Shown piece by piece: positions 36,503 to 45,824 of a stretch of 57,344 nt of DNA (within the stretch, counting starts at the first letter, position 1; each line of letters opens with the position of its first letter). Origin of the DNA: Akkermansia sp. (GTDB taxonomy: Bacteria; Verrucomicrobiota; Verrucomicrobiia; Limisphaerales; SIBH01); assembly GCA_043757045.1 (NCBI GenBank), contig JAYVQC010000179.1, forward strand, positions 1 through 57,344, read 5' to 3'. The position numbers were made by a program, and so were the translations under genes. The notes below the pieces were generated by a model. The model did not search any database, was not told the origin of the DNA, and worked only from the letters and a program-made list of their open reading frames with translations.

Positions 36503-37522
36503 GTGAAACGAAAACTGAAAATCCTCGCGCTCTTTGACGCCATCGCGCCGACCACGCTCGACCAGGACTTGAGCGCGGAACTGAAGACCGACGACTGGAA
36601 GACCGAGTGCAACGTGCTCGACGCGCTGCGCAGCCTCGGTCACGTCGTGGAGCATCTCGCGCTCTTTGATAATCTTGATCTGCTGCGCCAGAAGCTGGAG
36701 AGCTTCGCGCCTGATTTGATTTTCAATCTCGCCGACCAGTTCAAAAACAACCGCGCCTTCGACCAGAACATTGTTTCCATCTTGGAGATGCAGGGCATTC
36801 CGTTCACCGGCTGCGGTTCGACCGGGCTGACGTTGTGCAAGCACAAGGCCATCTCAAAAAAAATTCTCAGCTACCACCGCATTCACACCGCGGCGTTCAC
36901 GACCATCGCGCGCGGGAAACGCATCGCGCGTCCGCGCCAGCTCAAGTTCCCGATTCTAATCAAGCCGCTGAAGGAAGAGGCGTCGCTCGGCATTTCGCAG
37001 GCGTCATTCGTGGAGAACGACGAGCAGTTCAAGGAGCGCGTGCAGTTCATCCACGAGAAAATTGTCAACGACGCCATCGCCGAGGAATACATCGAGGGGC
37101 GCGAACTTTACGTGAGCGTGATGGGGCAGCACCGGCTCGACGTGTTTCCCATTCGCGAACTCATCTTCAAGGAAGTGCCGCCGGACGAGCCGAAGATCGC
37201 CACCTACCGCGCGAAGTGGGACGAGGAATATCGCAAGCGCTGGGGCTTGCAGAACCAGTTCGCGGAAGGACTCGACCCCGCCGTCGTCGCGAACATCCAG
37301 AAGACCTGCAAACGCATCTACCATCTGCTGACCATTGACGGTTACGCGCGTCTCGACCTGCGCCTCACGCCGAAGAACGAAGTTTATTTCATCGAGGCCA
37401 ATCCGAATCCCATCCTCGCGGCGGACGAAGACTTCGCGCAGTCCGCGCAGAAGGCGGGACTGACGTATCCGCAACTCATCGAGCGCATCCTCCGGCTGGC
37501 GATGAAGGCCGTGCGGGAGTAG
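36503..37522 (+). CDS. ATP-grasp ligase, D-Ala-D-Ala-ligase-like
   Basis: IPFTGC, IKP..E.ASLGIS, EEYIEGRE, Y.AKW, YARLDLR, IEANPNP. N-terminus differs from canonical Ddl. Confidence 0.85.
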   Translation: MKRKLKILALFDAIAPTTLDQDLSAELKTDDWKTECNVLDALRSLGHVVEHLALFDNLDLLRQKLESFAPDLIFNLADQFKNNRAFDQNIVSILEMQGIPFTGCGSTGLTLCKHKAISKKILSYHRIHTAAFTTIARGKRIARPRQLKFPILIKPLKEEASLGISQASFVENDEQFKERVQFIHEKIVNDAIAEEYIEGRELYVSVMGQHRLDVFPIRELIFKEVPPDEPKIATYRAKWDEEYRKRWGLQNQFAEGLDPAVVANIQKTCKRIYHLLTIDGYARLDLRLTPKNEVYFIEANPNPILAADEDFAQSAQKAGLTYPQLIERILRLAMKAVRE

Positions 37523-37656
37523 CTGGGAAGGCCAAATGGCTTTGGCCTGTCCACCAATGGCGACGATCCAATTCCCCTGTTGCTCCGGCGTCGGTTCGTC
37601 GCATAGGTTTCCGCCCCGATGACCTTCACGCAGAAAACTTTTTTGCTCCGTGCTGC

Positions 37657-38439
37657 ATGAAGCCGGCGCGCACGCAATTCAATCTCGTCCGCCGCGCCGC
37701 TGATCATTCTGCCGCGCAGGAGCAGCGCGTCGAGCGGCTGATGCCGGCCTGTGCTTACTACCCCAAGTCCGACCGCCCAATGTTCATGGCCGGGTATCGC
37801 GAACTGTGCCGCGTGGATTTGACCGGCAAACGGGTGCTCGAAATCTGCTGCGCCAACGGCGAACTGAGCCGCCAACTGGCGGGCGTTTTTCCGGGCGCGG
37901 AAGTCATCGCCATGGACCGTTACCCCGAGGGCGGTAGTTCCATCGTCCAGGCGCAGGCCAGCACCGGGTTGACCAACGCGCGCTACTACGCCGGCGACGC
38001 GACGCGCCTGGTGGAATTCGCCGACGCCTCGCTGGACCTCGTCTTCGGCCAGGCCACGCTGCATCATCTGGTGCATGACGGAGGCAAGCTTCGGGACGAG
38101 GCGGCGCGCGTCCTCAAGCCTGGCGGACGGCTCATCTTCATCTTCGAGCCGCTGGGCCACAACCCGGTCTGGGCGATGATTCGCGCTTACCGCATCGCCC
38201 GCATGGACTTGGTGGATGAGAGCAACGTGGTGCTGCGGGTGCTGGAGGAAATGGCCGCTCCGTTTAGCCGGTGCGAGGTGCAGCCGTTCAATCTCGTCGG
38301 CTACCCGTTCAAATCGTTGGGTCGTTTTGCTGGCGCGGGTTTCATGAACTGGATTGATCGCGTGGACGTGGCGCTCATGCAGGGGCGTCCCGGCCTCGCG
38401 AAGATGGCCGCGAACTTCAACGTGGTGTTCACGAAGTAA
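37657..38439 (+). CDS. class I SAM methyltransferase
   Basis: VLEICCANG, GDA, LHH, RVLKPGG, EPLGHNP. Confidence 0.85.
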   Translation: MKPARTQFNLVRRAADHSAAQEQRVERLMPACAYYPKSDRPMFMAGYRELCRVDLTGKRVLEICCANGELSRQLAGVFPGAEVIAMDRYPEGGSSIVQAQASTGLTNARYYAGDATRLVEFADASLDLVFGQATLHHLVHDGGKLRDEAARVLKPGGRLIFIFEPLGHNPVWAMIRAYRIARMDLVDESNVVLRVLEEMAAPFSRCEVQPFNLVGYPFKSLGRFAGAGFMNWIDRVDVALMQGRPGLAKMAANFNVVFTK

Positions 38440-38450
38440 CGCGCGCGCCG

Positions 38451-39251
38451 CTACAATTTCCGCACCCAGATATTCCGAAAGCGCACCGGGCAGCCATGCC
38501 CCGCGAAACCCAGCGGCCCTTCACTCACCGTCACCGCGCGCGGCAACACACGATGACCGGTGCCGCCGTAAATTTCCTGATTCGCCTGCACCAGCACGCC
38601 GTTGTGGAAAAGTGTCAGGCGCGCGGGCTGCACCACCTTGCCTTCTGCGATGACCGGCGCGGTGAAGGTCAGGTCGTAGCTCTGCCATTCGCCGGGCGGA
38701 CGGCACGCGTTCACCAGCGGCGGCGTCTGCGCGTAGATGGCGGCGCACTGGCCGTCCGGCGCCCACTTCTCGGTGAAAGAATCGAAAATCTGAATCTCGT
38801 AGAGGCCGTGAATGATCACGCCGCTGTTCCCCTGATTGTACCAAGGCCCTTTGAAGTTCGAGGGTGACTGCCATTCGAGATGAAGCTGGAAGCTGCCGAA
38901 CTTTTCCTTCGTGCGCGGCGCGAGTTCGCCCGCCGTCTCCAACGTTCCGTCCACCACGCGCCACGAATTGCTCCGCCACGCGGAAATATCTTTTCCATCG
39001 AAGAGCACGAGGGCATCCGCCGGCATGGGCGCGGAACGCAGGGCAGGGGCGGCAATCACACGCACGGGCGCGGGACGGTCCGGGTCATGCACCACGTAGC
39101 CGCACCACGGGAGTATGGGCGTGTCCTTGTAGCCGTAAACGCCCGAGCCATTCGTGGCGTAAATCAGTTTCGACTCCGCCGCGCACGCGCAGTCGAGTGC
39201 AGACGAAACGACGCCAGCAAGGAGGAGCAGTAAAATCAACCGGGCTTTCAT
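38451..39251 (-). CDS. DUF1080 (3-keto-disaccharide hydrolase-like) secreted protein
   Basis: Signal peptide, LFDGKD, FG.FQLHLEW, GNSGV, YEIQI.DS, GEWQSYD, VRFRNIWV. Confidence 0.9.
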   Translation of the reverse strand: MKARLILLLLLAGVVSSALDCACAAESKLIYATNGSGVYGYKDTPILPWCGYVVHDPDRPAPVRVIAAPALRSAPMPADALVLFDGKDISAWRSNSWRVVDGTLETAGELAPRTKEKFGSFQLHLEWQSPSNFKGPWYNQGNSGVIIHGLYEIQIFDSFTEKWAPDGQCAAIYAQTPPLVNACRPPGEWQSYDLTFTAPVIAEGKVVQPARLTLFHNGVLVQANQEIYGGTGHRVLPRAVTVSEGPLGFAGHGCPVRFRNIWVRKL

Positions 39252-39376
39252 GCGGGCGGGAAGTTACCCAGCCCGGTTCAGGGCGGACAAGATTCACCTG
39301 AACCGGATTGGCACATTTGTCCCTATAAAACGCACTCGCAAAAATGTGTCGAGTGGATAATTTCTCCCCGCGCCCT

Positions 39377-40057
39377 ATGAAAAAAAACCTCCTGCTTCTG
39401 GCCTGGCTTGGATTGACGGCTTCCACGTTTGCGCAAGGCTTCGTCAACACCACCTTTGAGCGGCCACCGTTTCAGCAGCCACCGGCCCCGACGGGCTTTC
39501 CCCAATTTTTGGACTGGGCCACTTGGGCGCCAGGCTGGTCGCACAGCAGCGGGAGCGACACCGGCGTGCTCTACTATGAGCTTCCGCATGTGGGGATCTC
39601 GCAGTGGTATCTGCTCGTGCGTAATCCCGGTTCGCTCAACTACGGCTCACCCCTGGCGGGCAACTACTCGCTGGCCCTGCACAGCGGCTATCAAAACAAT
39701 CAGGACAACAACTCACCCTGGGTCAATGCCTTCCTCTCCCAGACCGCCATCGTTCCGGCCGGCTCCCTGTCCATTCGCGTGCTGGCCTCGGGACCGTTCG
39801 CCCTCTACGTCAACGGAAATCCCATCTCCTTGTTCTCGCTCGGCGGCAACCAATTCGGCGGCGACATCTCGGCCTTCGCGGGCGCGTCCACGGAAGTGAA
39901 AATCATGAGCACCAGTCCCGTGGGTAACTTGAACCATCCCCCCCTCATCGTGGACAACCTCACCTTCTCCCCCGTCGCCGTCCCCGAGCCGGGCACGCTC
40001 GCCCTCTTCGGCGTGGGCGGCTTGATGCTCTGGGCCTTCCGCCGAGCGCGGGCGTGA
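39377..40057 (+). CDS. PEP-CTERM sorting domain protein
   Basis: Signal peptide MKKNLLLL...FAQG. C-terminal VPEPGTLALFGVGGLMLWAFRRARA. Confidence 0.92.
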   Translation: MKKNLLLLAWLGLTASTFAQGFVNTTFERPPFQQPPAPTGFPQFLDWATWAPGWSHSSGSDTGVLYYELPHVGISQWYLLVRNPGSLNYGSPLAGNYSLALHSGYQNNQDNNSPWVNAFLSQTAIVPAGSLSIRVLASGPFALYVNGNPISLFSLGGNQFGGDISAFAGASTEVKIMSTSPVGNLNHPPLIVDNLTFSPVAVPEPGTLALFGVGGLMLWAFRRARA

Positions 40058-40117
40058 TGTGGTCAGGGACGGGATTCCTCGGTTGCCGGACGTTTCGATT
40101 GGTGATTCCTTACCGGC

Positions 40118-40564
40118 GTGACCCTGGGCCGCAAAATCTTTTTCATCGCTGGAGTGGCCGTGGCGGTGGTGGCTTTGGGGTCGGTAGTGGTCAGCCAATA
40201 TCAGCCGCAGGCGGAACTCATGTCTTGCGGGCATCCCAATCAAATTTCGCTCAAGACCCGGATCAAAATCATGATGGGTGGTCACGACCGCCATTTTTGT
40301 CAATCGCGGGACATGGTGATGCGTTTGCAAATCCTCGCGGGGAACGATGTTTCTTACCTCGACGACCAGTTGGCGGGGGGCTCGGATTACTTCCGTGGAT
40401 TGAAATACATATTCGCCACGAACGGCTCCAACTGGTTCATCACCGTCCCTCGGCAAGACAAACTCGCCGGCCACTACCTACTCACCAGCGCCGGACGCCT
40501 GCACTTCCACACGACCCGCCCCGCGACCACGAATGATTCGGTGCTGCAGGATTGGTCGCGTTGA
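40118..40564 (+). CDS. hypothetical protein with an N-terminal membrane anchor
   Basis: 148 aa, one N-terminal hydrophobic helix, two Cys. Confidence 0.55.
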   Translation: MTLGRKIFFIAGVAVAVVALGSVVVSQYQPQAELMSCGHPNQISLKTRIKIMMGGHDRHFCQSRDMVMRLQILAGNDVSYLDDQLAGGSDYFRGLKYIFATNGSNWFITVPRQDKLAGHYLLTSAGRLHFHTTRPATTNDSVLQDWSR

Positions 40565-40616
40565 GCGCATCTCCCCTGTTGCCCTGCCTCCCCCCGTCCA
40601 TTAGTTTCCCGGCCCT

Positions 40617-40850
40617 ATGTTGAACATGAAAACCATCCGCGAGCGGCTGCACAAAGTGCCGTTCAAGCCCTTCGAACTGAGGCTGACGGATGGCCGGCGC
40701 ATCTCCATCGAGCACCCCGACTTCGTGGCCTTGGGCGGCAGCGTGGTTGTGGTCACGGATGAAACGGACGGAGTTCGAGAAGTGGACGCACTGCATGTGG
40801 TTTCGCTCGACCCGCTGTCGAAAGCAAAAAAACGGAACGGCAAACACTAA
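40617..40850 (+). CDS. small hypothetical protein
   Basis: PF.PF.L.L.DGR...I.HPD pattern recalled from small PVC proteins. Promoter-like TTGCCC-17-TAGTTT upstream. Confidence 0.7.
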   Translation: MLNMKTIRERLHKVPFKPFELRLTDGRRISIEHPDFVALGGSVVVVTDETDGVREVDALHVVSLDPLSKAKKRNGKH

Positions 40851-40854
40851 ATTT

Positions 40855-42228
40855 ATGACACTGACCGAAAAAATCCTCGCGCGCGCGGCTGGCAAAGCTT
40901 CAGTCCAGGCCGGGGACAACATTTGGGTGAACGCGGATGTGCTCATGACGCACGATGTGTGCGGGCCGGGGACTATCGGCGTTTTCAAACGCGAGTTCGG
41001 CAAGACGGCCAAGGTCTGGAACAAGAACCGCGTGGTCATCATCCCCGACCACTACATTTTCACCGCCGACTCGAAGTCGAATCGCAATGTGGACATCCTC
41101 CGCGATTTCTCACGCGAGCAGGAGCTGCCCTATTTCTACGACGTGATTGATGACCCGAACGGCCAGTGGCATTTCGACGCGAGCAAGGGCTTGCTCAAGC
41201 GCCAGTATGGTTCGCGCTACGCGGGCGTGTGCCACACCGCGCTGCCGGCGAAGGGCCACACGCGCCCCGGCGAGATTTTGTTCGGCACGGATTCGCACAC
41301 CTGCATGGCGGGGGCGTTCAATCAATTCGCCACCGGCATCGGCAACACCGACGCGGGCTTCGTGATGGGCACGGGCAAGCTGCTCATCAAGGTGCCGGAG
41401 ACGATGCACTTCCGCCTCGAAGGCGCGCTCCAGCCGGGCGTGATGGCGAAGGACGTGATCCTGCACGTCATCGGCGAAATCGGTTTCGACGGTGCGACGT
41501 ATCGCGCGATGCAGTTCGATGGCCCCGGCGTGGCGAGCCTTTCGATGGACGACCGCATGACCATCGCGAACATGGCCATCGAGGCGGGCGGGAAGAACGC
41601 GATCTTTGAATTCGACGCGCGCACGAAGGAATACGTGGACGCGCGAACGCAGTTGAACGGGACGAAGCGCAGTTACGAACCCGTCGAGGCGGACAAGGAT
41701 CAGAAGTTCATTTACGAACTCGTCGTGGATTTGTCGCAACTCGAACCGACCGTGGCGTGCCATCCCGATCCGGGCCAGCGCAAGAAGGCCAAGGACATGA
41801 GCACCATGAAGCTCGATCGCGCCTACATCGGTTCCTGCACGGGCGGCAAGACGAGCGACTTCGTGGAGTTCGCGCGCGTGCTGCAAGGCCACCATGTGAG
41901 CATTGACACCTTCGGCGTGCCCGCGACGCCGGACATCGTGAACGAGTTGCAGGCCACGCGCTGGGGCGACAAGACCATCTGGCAAATCCTGCTCGATGCC
42001 GGCGTGCGCATGACGGAGAACGCCGGTTGCGCCGCGTGCCTCGGCGGGCCGGTGGACACGTTCGGGCGCATCAATACACCCGGCATCAAGTGCATCAGCG
42101 CCACAAACCGCAACTTCCCCGGCCGCATGGGCGACAAGGAATCGCAGGTCTTCCTCGCCAGCCCGATGACCGTGGCGGCGAGCGCGATCACGGGCTACGT
42201 GACGGACCCTCGGGCGTATTTGAGTTGA
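40855..42228 (+). CDS. leuC: 3-isopropylmalate dehydratase large subunit (aconitase family)
   Basis: MTLTEKILA, DH, GVCH, GTDSHTC, IGSCT, C..C.G, TNRNFPGRMG. Start ATG 40855. Confidence 0.88.
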   Translation: MTLTEKILARAAGKASVQAGDNIWVNADVLMTHDVCGPGTIGVFKREFGKTAKVWNKNRVVIIPDHYIFTADSKSNRNVDILRDFSREQELPYFYDVIDDPNGQWHFDASKGLLKRQYGSRYAGVCHTALPAKGHTRPGEILFGTDSHTCMAGAFNQFATGIGNTDAGFVMGTGKLLIKVPETMHFRLEGALQPGVMAKDVILHVIGEIGFDGATYRAMQFDGPGVASLSMDDRMTIANMAIEAGGKNAIFEFDARTKEYVDARTQLNGTKRSYEPVEADKDQKFIYELVVDLSQLEPTVACHPDPGQRKKAKDMSTMKLDRAYIGSCTGGKTSDFVEFARVLQGHHVSIDTFGVPATPDIVNELQATRWGDKTIWQILLDAGVRMTENAGCAACLGGPVDTFGRINTPGIKCISATNRNFPGRMGDKESQVFLASPMTVAASAITGYVTDPRAYLS

Positions 42229-42246
42229 ACGGATTGATTTGAAAGC

Positions 42247-42276
42247 AACGCGCTGCTGGCAACAGCAGCGCGTTTT
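42247..42276 (+). terminator. intrinsic terminator after leuC
   Basis: Perfect 12-bp stem AACGCGCTGCTG/CAGCAGCGCGTT, GCAA loop, followed by Ts. Confidence 0.75.
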
Positions 42277-42332
42277 GCGTTAAAAAGTCTCCGCTTCGTT
42301 TTTGAAAATTCGTGTGTTAATCACTCCGCCTC

Positions 42333-44165
42333 GTGCCCGGTAAAAGCATAAATATTCTCGGCCTCTCCGCGTACTACCACGACAGCGCGGCGTGCCTGGT
42401 GCGCGACGGCGTGATCATCGCCGCCGCGCAGGAGGAGCGTTTCACGCGCAAGAAACACGACGAGCGGTATCCGCGAAACGCCATCGAGTATTGCCTGCGC
42501 GAAGGCGGCATCACCACGGCGGAACTGGATTACGTGGCGTTCTACGAGAAGCCGTTCGTGAAGTTCGACCGCCTGCTGCACTCGTATCTGGCCTGCGCGC
42601 CGTCCGGGATTCATTCGTTCCTGAAGGCCATCCCGGTCTGGATCAAAGAGAAGATCTGGATGAAGACAGAGCTGCAGAAGGAACTGAACTTCAGCGGCCC
42701 GATGATTTTCCCCGAGCATCACGAGGCGCACGCGGCGTCGGCGTTTTATCCGTCGCCATTTCAAGAGGCGGCCTTCCTGACCGTGGATGGCGTGGGCGAA
42801 TGGACCACGACGAGCTGGGGCACGGGGCGCGACGGTCATGTGCAGATCGCGGGCGAGCTGCACTTCCCGCACTCGCTCGGGCTGCTCTACAGCGCGTTCA
42901 CTTACTTCACCGGCTTCCGCGTCAATTCCGGCGAATACAAGCTCATGGGTCTCGCGCCCTACGGCGAGCCGAAATACGTGGATGTGATTCTGCGCGAACT
43001 GATTGACCTGAAGGAGGACGGCTCCTTCCGGTTGAACATGAAGTATTTCAACTACGCCGTCGGCCTCACGATGACGAACGCGAACTTCGCCGCGCTCTTC
43101 GGTCGCGAGGCGCGCAAGCCCGAGTCGAAGCTCACGCAACTCGACATGGACTTGGCGCGCTCGGTGCAGGACGTGACCGAGGAGGTCATGTACCGGATGG
43201 CAAAACACATTCGCAAAGAGACCGGGCAGAAGAATCTCTGCCTCGCGGGCGGTGTGGCGCTGAACTGCGTGGCGAACGGAAAAATTCTGCGCGAAGGCAT
43301 CTTCGACCGCATCTGGATTCAGCCGGCGGCGGGCGACGCGGGTGGCGCGCTCGGAGCGGCCCTGTTCACCTGGCACGAGTATCTCGGCCACGGACGCAAG
43401 GCCGATGGTGTGAAGGATTCGCAGCGCGGCTCGTATCTCGGGCCGGAGTTCCAGCGCGACGACATCCGCAAATTCTTTCAGGCGCAGAACACGCCCTTCG
43501 TGGAACTGGACGATGATCAAATCCCCGACCGCATCGCCGACTTGATCGCGAGTGACAAGGTGATCGGGTGGTTTCAGGGGCGCATGGAATTCGGCCCGCG
43601 CGCGCTGGGTGGCCGCTCCATCATCGGCGACGCGCGCTCGGCGAAGATGCAGGAGACGATGAACTTGAAGATCAAGTTCCGCGAAAGTTTTCGTCCATTC
43701 GCGCCTTCGGTGCTGCGCGAGCGCGTGAGCGAGTGGTTCGACTTGAACGAGGAAAGCCCCTACATGCTGCTCGTCGCACCGGTGGCCAAGAAGCACACGC
43801 GCGAACTCACGGCGGAGGAGAACAAGAAGTTCGGCCTCGAAAAACTTCTGACGCTGCGCTCGACCATTCCTGCCGTGACGCACGTTGACTACTCCGCGCG
43901 CGTGCAGACGGTGACCGAGGATTGGAACCCGCTCTACTACCGGACCATCAAACGCTTCGAGGAAAAGCACGGCTGTCCGGTCATCATCAACACGTCGTTC
44001 AACGTGCGCGGCGAACCCATCGTCGGCTCGCCCGAGGATGCCTACCGCTGCTTCATGCGCACGAACATGGATTACTTGATCGTGGGCAATTTTCTTTTGG
44101 AGAAGAAAGACCAGAAGCCGCTCGACAAGGACATTGACTGGCTCAAGGAATTCGAACTCGACTGA
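42333..44165 (+). CDS. carbamoyltransferase, SxtI-like subfamily
   Basis: ILGLSAYYHDSAA, AAAQEERFTRKKHD, DGVGEW.T, FPHSLGLLYSAFT, VNSGEYKLMGLAPYG, C-terminal FELD. Confidence 0.93.
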   Translation: MPGKSINILGLSAYYHDSAACLVRDGVIIAAAQEERFTRKKHDERYPRNAIEYCLREGGITTAELDYVAFYEKPFVKFDRLLHSYLACAPSGIHSFLKAIPVWIKEKIWMKTELQKELNFSGPMIFPEHHEAHAASAFYPSPFQEAAFLTVDGVGEWTTTSWGTGRDGHVQIAGELHFPHSLGLLYSAFTYFTGFRVNSGEYKLMGLAPYGEPKYVDVILRELIDLKEDGSFRLNMKYFNYAVGLTMTNANFAALFGREARKPESKLTQLDMDLARSVQDVTEEVMYRMAKHIRKETGQKNLCLAGGVALNCVANGKILREGIFDRIWIQPAAGDAGGALGAALFTWHEYLGHGRKADGVKDSQRGSYLGPEFQRDDIRKFFQAQNTPFVELDDDQIPDRIADLIASDKVIGWFQGRMEFGPRALGGRSIIGDARSAKMQETMNLKIKFRESFRPFAPSVLRERVSEWFDLNEESPYMLLVAPVAKKHTRELTAEENKKFGLEKLLTLRSTIPAVTHVDYSARVQTVTEDWNPLYYRTIKRFEEKHGCPVIINTSFNVRGEPIVGSPEDAYRCFMRTNMDYLIVGNFLLEKKDQKPLDKDIDWLKEFELD

Positions 44166-44168
44166 CCC

Positions 44169-44597
44169 ATGCTGCGCGAAGACATCAAAGGATTGCAGAA
44201 GGCCACGCCGCGCGACTTGCGGAAATTCGGGCTGATGGTGGGCGGCGTGTTTTGCGCGCTCGCCTTGCTCTTCTGGATTCCCAAATGGCACAAGCCGTGG
44301 TTCTGGTGGCTGCTGGTGCCGGGCGGGCCGCTGGTCGTGCTCGGTGCGATTCTGCCGCGCAGCTTGAAATGGATTTACGTCGGCTGGATGACGCTGGCGA
44401 TGATCCTCGGCGCGATTGTCTCCACGATTTTGCTCACGCTGCTATTCGTGCTGATGGTGACGCCGCTCGGGCTGCTCGCGCGACTGGTGGGCAAGGATTT
44501 CCTGAGTCAAAAGCTGGAACCGCAGGCCGCGAGCTACTGGTTGCGGCGCGACATCTCGAAACCGAAGGCGAAGCATGAGCACGAGCAGCAGTTCTGA
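44169..44597 (+). CDS. SxtJ-family membrane protein
   Basis: LRKFGL..G, W..LA..LG....ILL..LF....TPLG...R..GKD.L, SYW, EQQF terminus. Confidence 0.85.
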   Translation: MLREDIKGLQKATPRDLRKFGLMVGGVFCALALLFWIPKWHKPWFWWLLVPGGPLVVLGAILPRSLKWIYVGWMTLAMILGAIVSTILLTLLFVLMVTPLGLLARLVGKDFLSQKLEPQAASYWLRRDISKPKAKHEHEQQF

Positions 44598-45630
44598 GAT
44601 ACTGGCTCCTGCGGCCCGCCCGTCACGGCTGAAGAACGCGCTGAAGAATCTTGCGCTGTTCGGATTCACGCTGCTGCTCTGCGTGGGACTCACGGAGCTG
44701 GCGCTGCGCATTCTGGGTTACGGCAACGTGGAAATCTACGAGCCGCATCCGCAGCTCTACTGGCGGCTCAAGCCCAATCAAGATTGCTTCACGAAGATTG
44801 ATCGCAAGCCGGTGCATGTAAATTCGCACGGGACGCGCGGGCGCGAGTTTAGCTCGGCCAAGCCCGCCGGCACGCGGCGCATCGTCTCGCTTGGCGACTC
44901 GCGCACCTTTGGCTGGGGCTTGAGCGAGGCCGAGACTTATTCCGACCTGATCGAGAAGCAGCTTCAGGAACGGTTCGGCGCGACGGAAAAAATCGAGGTC
45001 ATCAACTGCGGCGTGAACGCGTGGTCGTATCCGCAGATGAGCGTCTTCTTCCGTGAGTTCGCACTGAAGTGGCAGCCCGACCTGGTGATTCTGGCCGACG
45101 CGAATCTGTGGACGCAGTTTTCCGAGCAGAGCGATCCGGCGTTCGTGAAAAAATTTCTCCACCGCGTGCGGCTGAAAAACTTTCTCCGGCGTTTCGCGCT
45201 CTATCACTACGTGGTGGAAGTGCAGCTCAAGAATTTCTATGAGCAGCACCGGTCGAAATTTGTTCCCGTGGACCCGAAGCAGGACACTCTTTTCAAGGCG
45301 CAGCAGCAGAAAGACCCGGACGCTTTCTTCCGGGCCGCGATTGAAACCCTGTGCGCGACCGCGCGCAGCAACGGCGTGCCGGTGGTGCTGATGTTTCAAC
45401 CAAACCAAAACACGCTGCTCGCCACCAACGCCCCGTCCGAGGGCGTGCTGCGCGCCAAGCAGCAGGTCAGCCATCAGTTCAACGTGCCGCTGATCGATCT
45501 CACGGACGATCTGCGCCCGCAGGCAAAAGACCTTTACCTCGATGCCGACCCTGTTCATCTTAACTCGAAAGGCAACGAAATCATTGGACGCCGCCTCTTT
45601 GAAGTCGTCCGTCCACTCCTGAAACCATGA
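44575..45630 (+). CDS. SGNH/GDSL hydrolase-family protein
   Basis: N-terminal TM segment, NS.G.R, LGDSRTFG, EVINCGV, D.VHLN..GN. Confidence 0.87.
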   Translation: MSTSSSSEILAPAARPSRLKNALKNLALFGFTLLLCVGLTELALRILGYGNVEIYEPHPQLYWRLKPNQDCFTKIDRKPVHVNSHGTRGREFSSAKPAGTRRIVSLGDSRTFGWGLSEAETYSDLIEKQLQERFGATEKIEVINCGVNAWSYPQMSVFFREFALKWQPDLVILADANLWTQFSEQSDPAFVKKFLHRVRLKNFLRRFALYHYVVEVQLKNFYEQHRSKFVPVDPKQDTLFKAQQQKDPDAFFRAAIETLCATARSNGVPVVLMFQPNQNTLLATNAPSEGVLRAKQQVSHQFNVPLIDLTDDLRPQAKDLYLDADPVHLNSKGNEIIGRRLFEVVRPLLKP

Positions 45631-45785
45631 GCAAGTTTGGCATCGCCCGAGAATTTTGGAGCTTCCTGCGGGTGCGGAAGAAATGGTGGATCACCCCCAT
45701 TGTGCTGTTCCTTGTGGTGCTGGGGGCGCTGCTGGTTTTTGCCAAGGGTTCGGCGCTCGCGCCGTTCATCTACAGCCTGTTCTGA
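45627..45785 (+). CDS. SxtK/DUF5989-family small membrane protein (absent from the ORF track)
   Basis: Translated by hand: MSKFGIAREFWSFLRVRKKWWITPIVLFLVVLGALLVFAKGSALAPFIYSLF (52 aa). ATGA overlap with the SGNH gene. Confidence 0.9.
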   Translation: MSKFGIAREFWSFLRVRKKWWITPIVLFLVVLGALLVFAKGSALAPFIYSLF

Positions 45786-45824
45786 ACGGCGGACCCCAGG
45801 AACGGGGCCGCCCCACCGCGTCGG

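Noticed and set aside
36503-37522. Calling this gene ddl
   Set aside because: The ATP-grasp core is present, but the canonical Ddl N-terminal motif and cell-wall gene context are missing.
37529-37548. Short hairpins AGGCCAAA/TTTGGCCT and the one at ~45789-45815
   Set aside because: Single short stems without a U-tract or a second copy in the window. They cannot be assigned as terminators or repeats.
42333-45785. Saxitoxin biosynthesis cluster
   Set aside because: Only SxtI/J/K/L-like genes are present. The core sxtA, sxtG and sxtB genes are absent.
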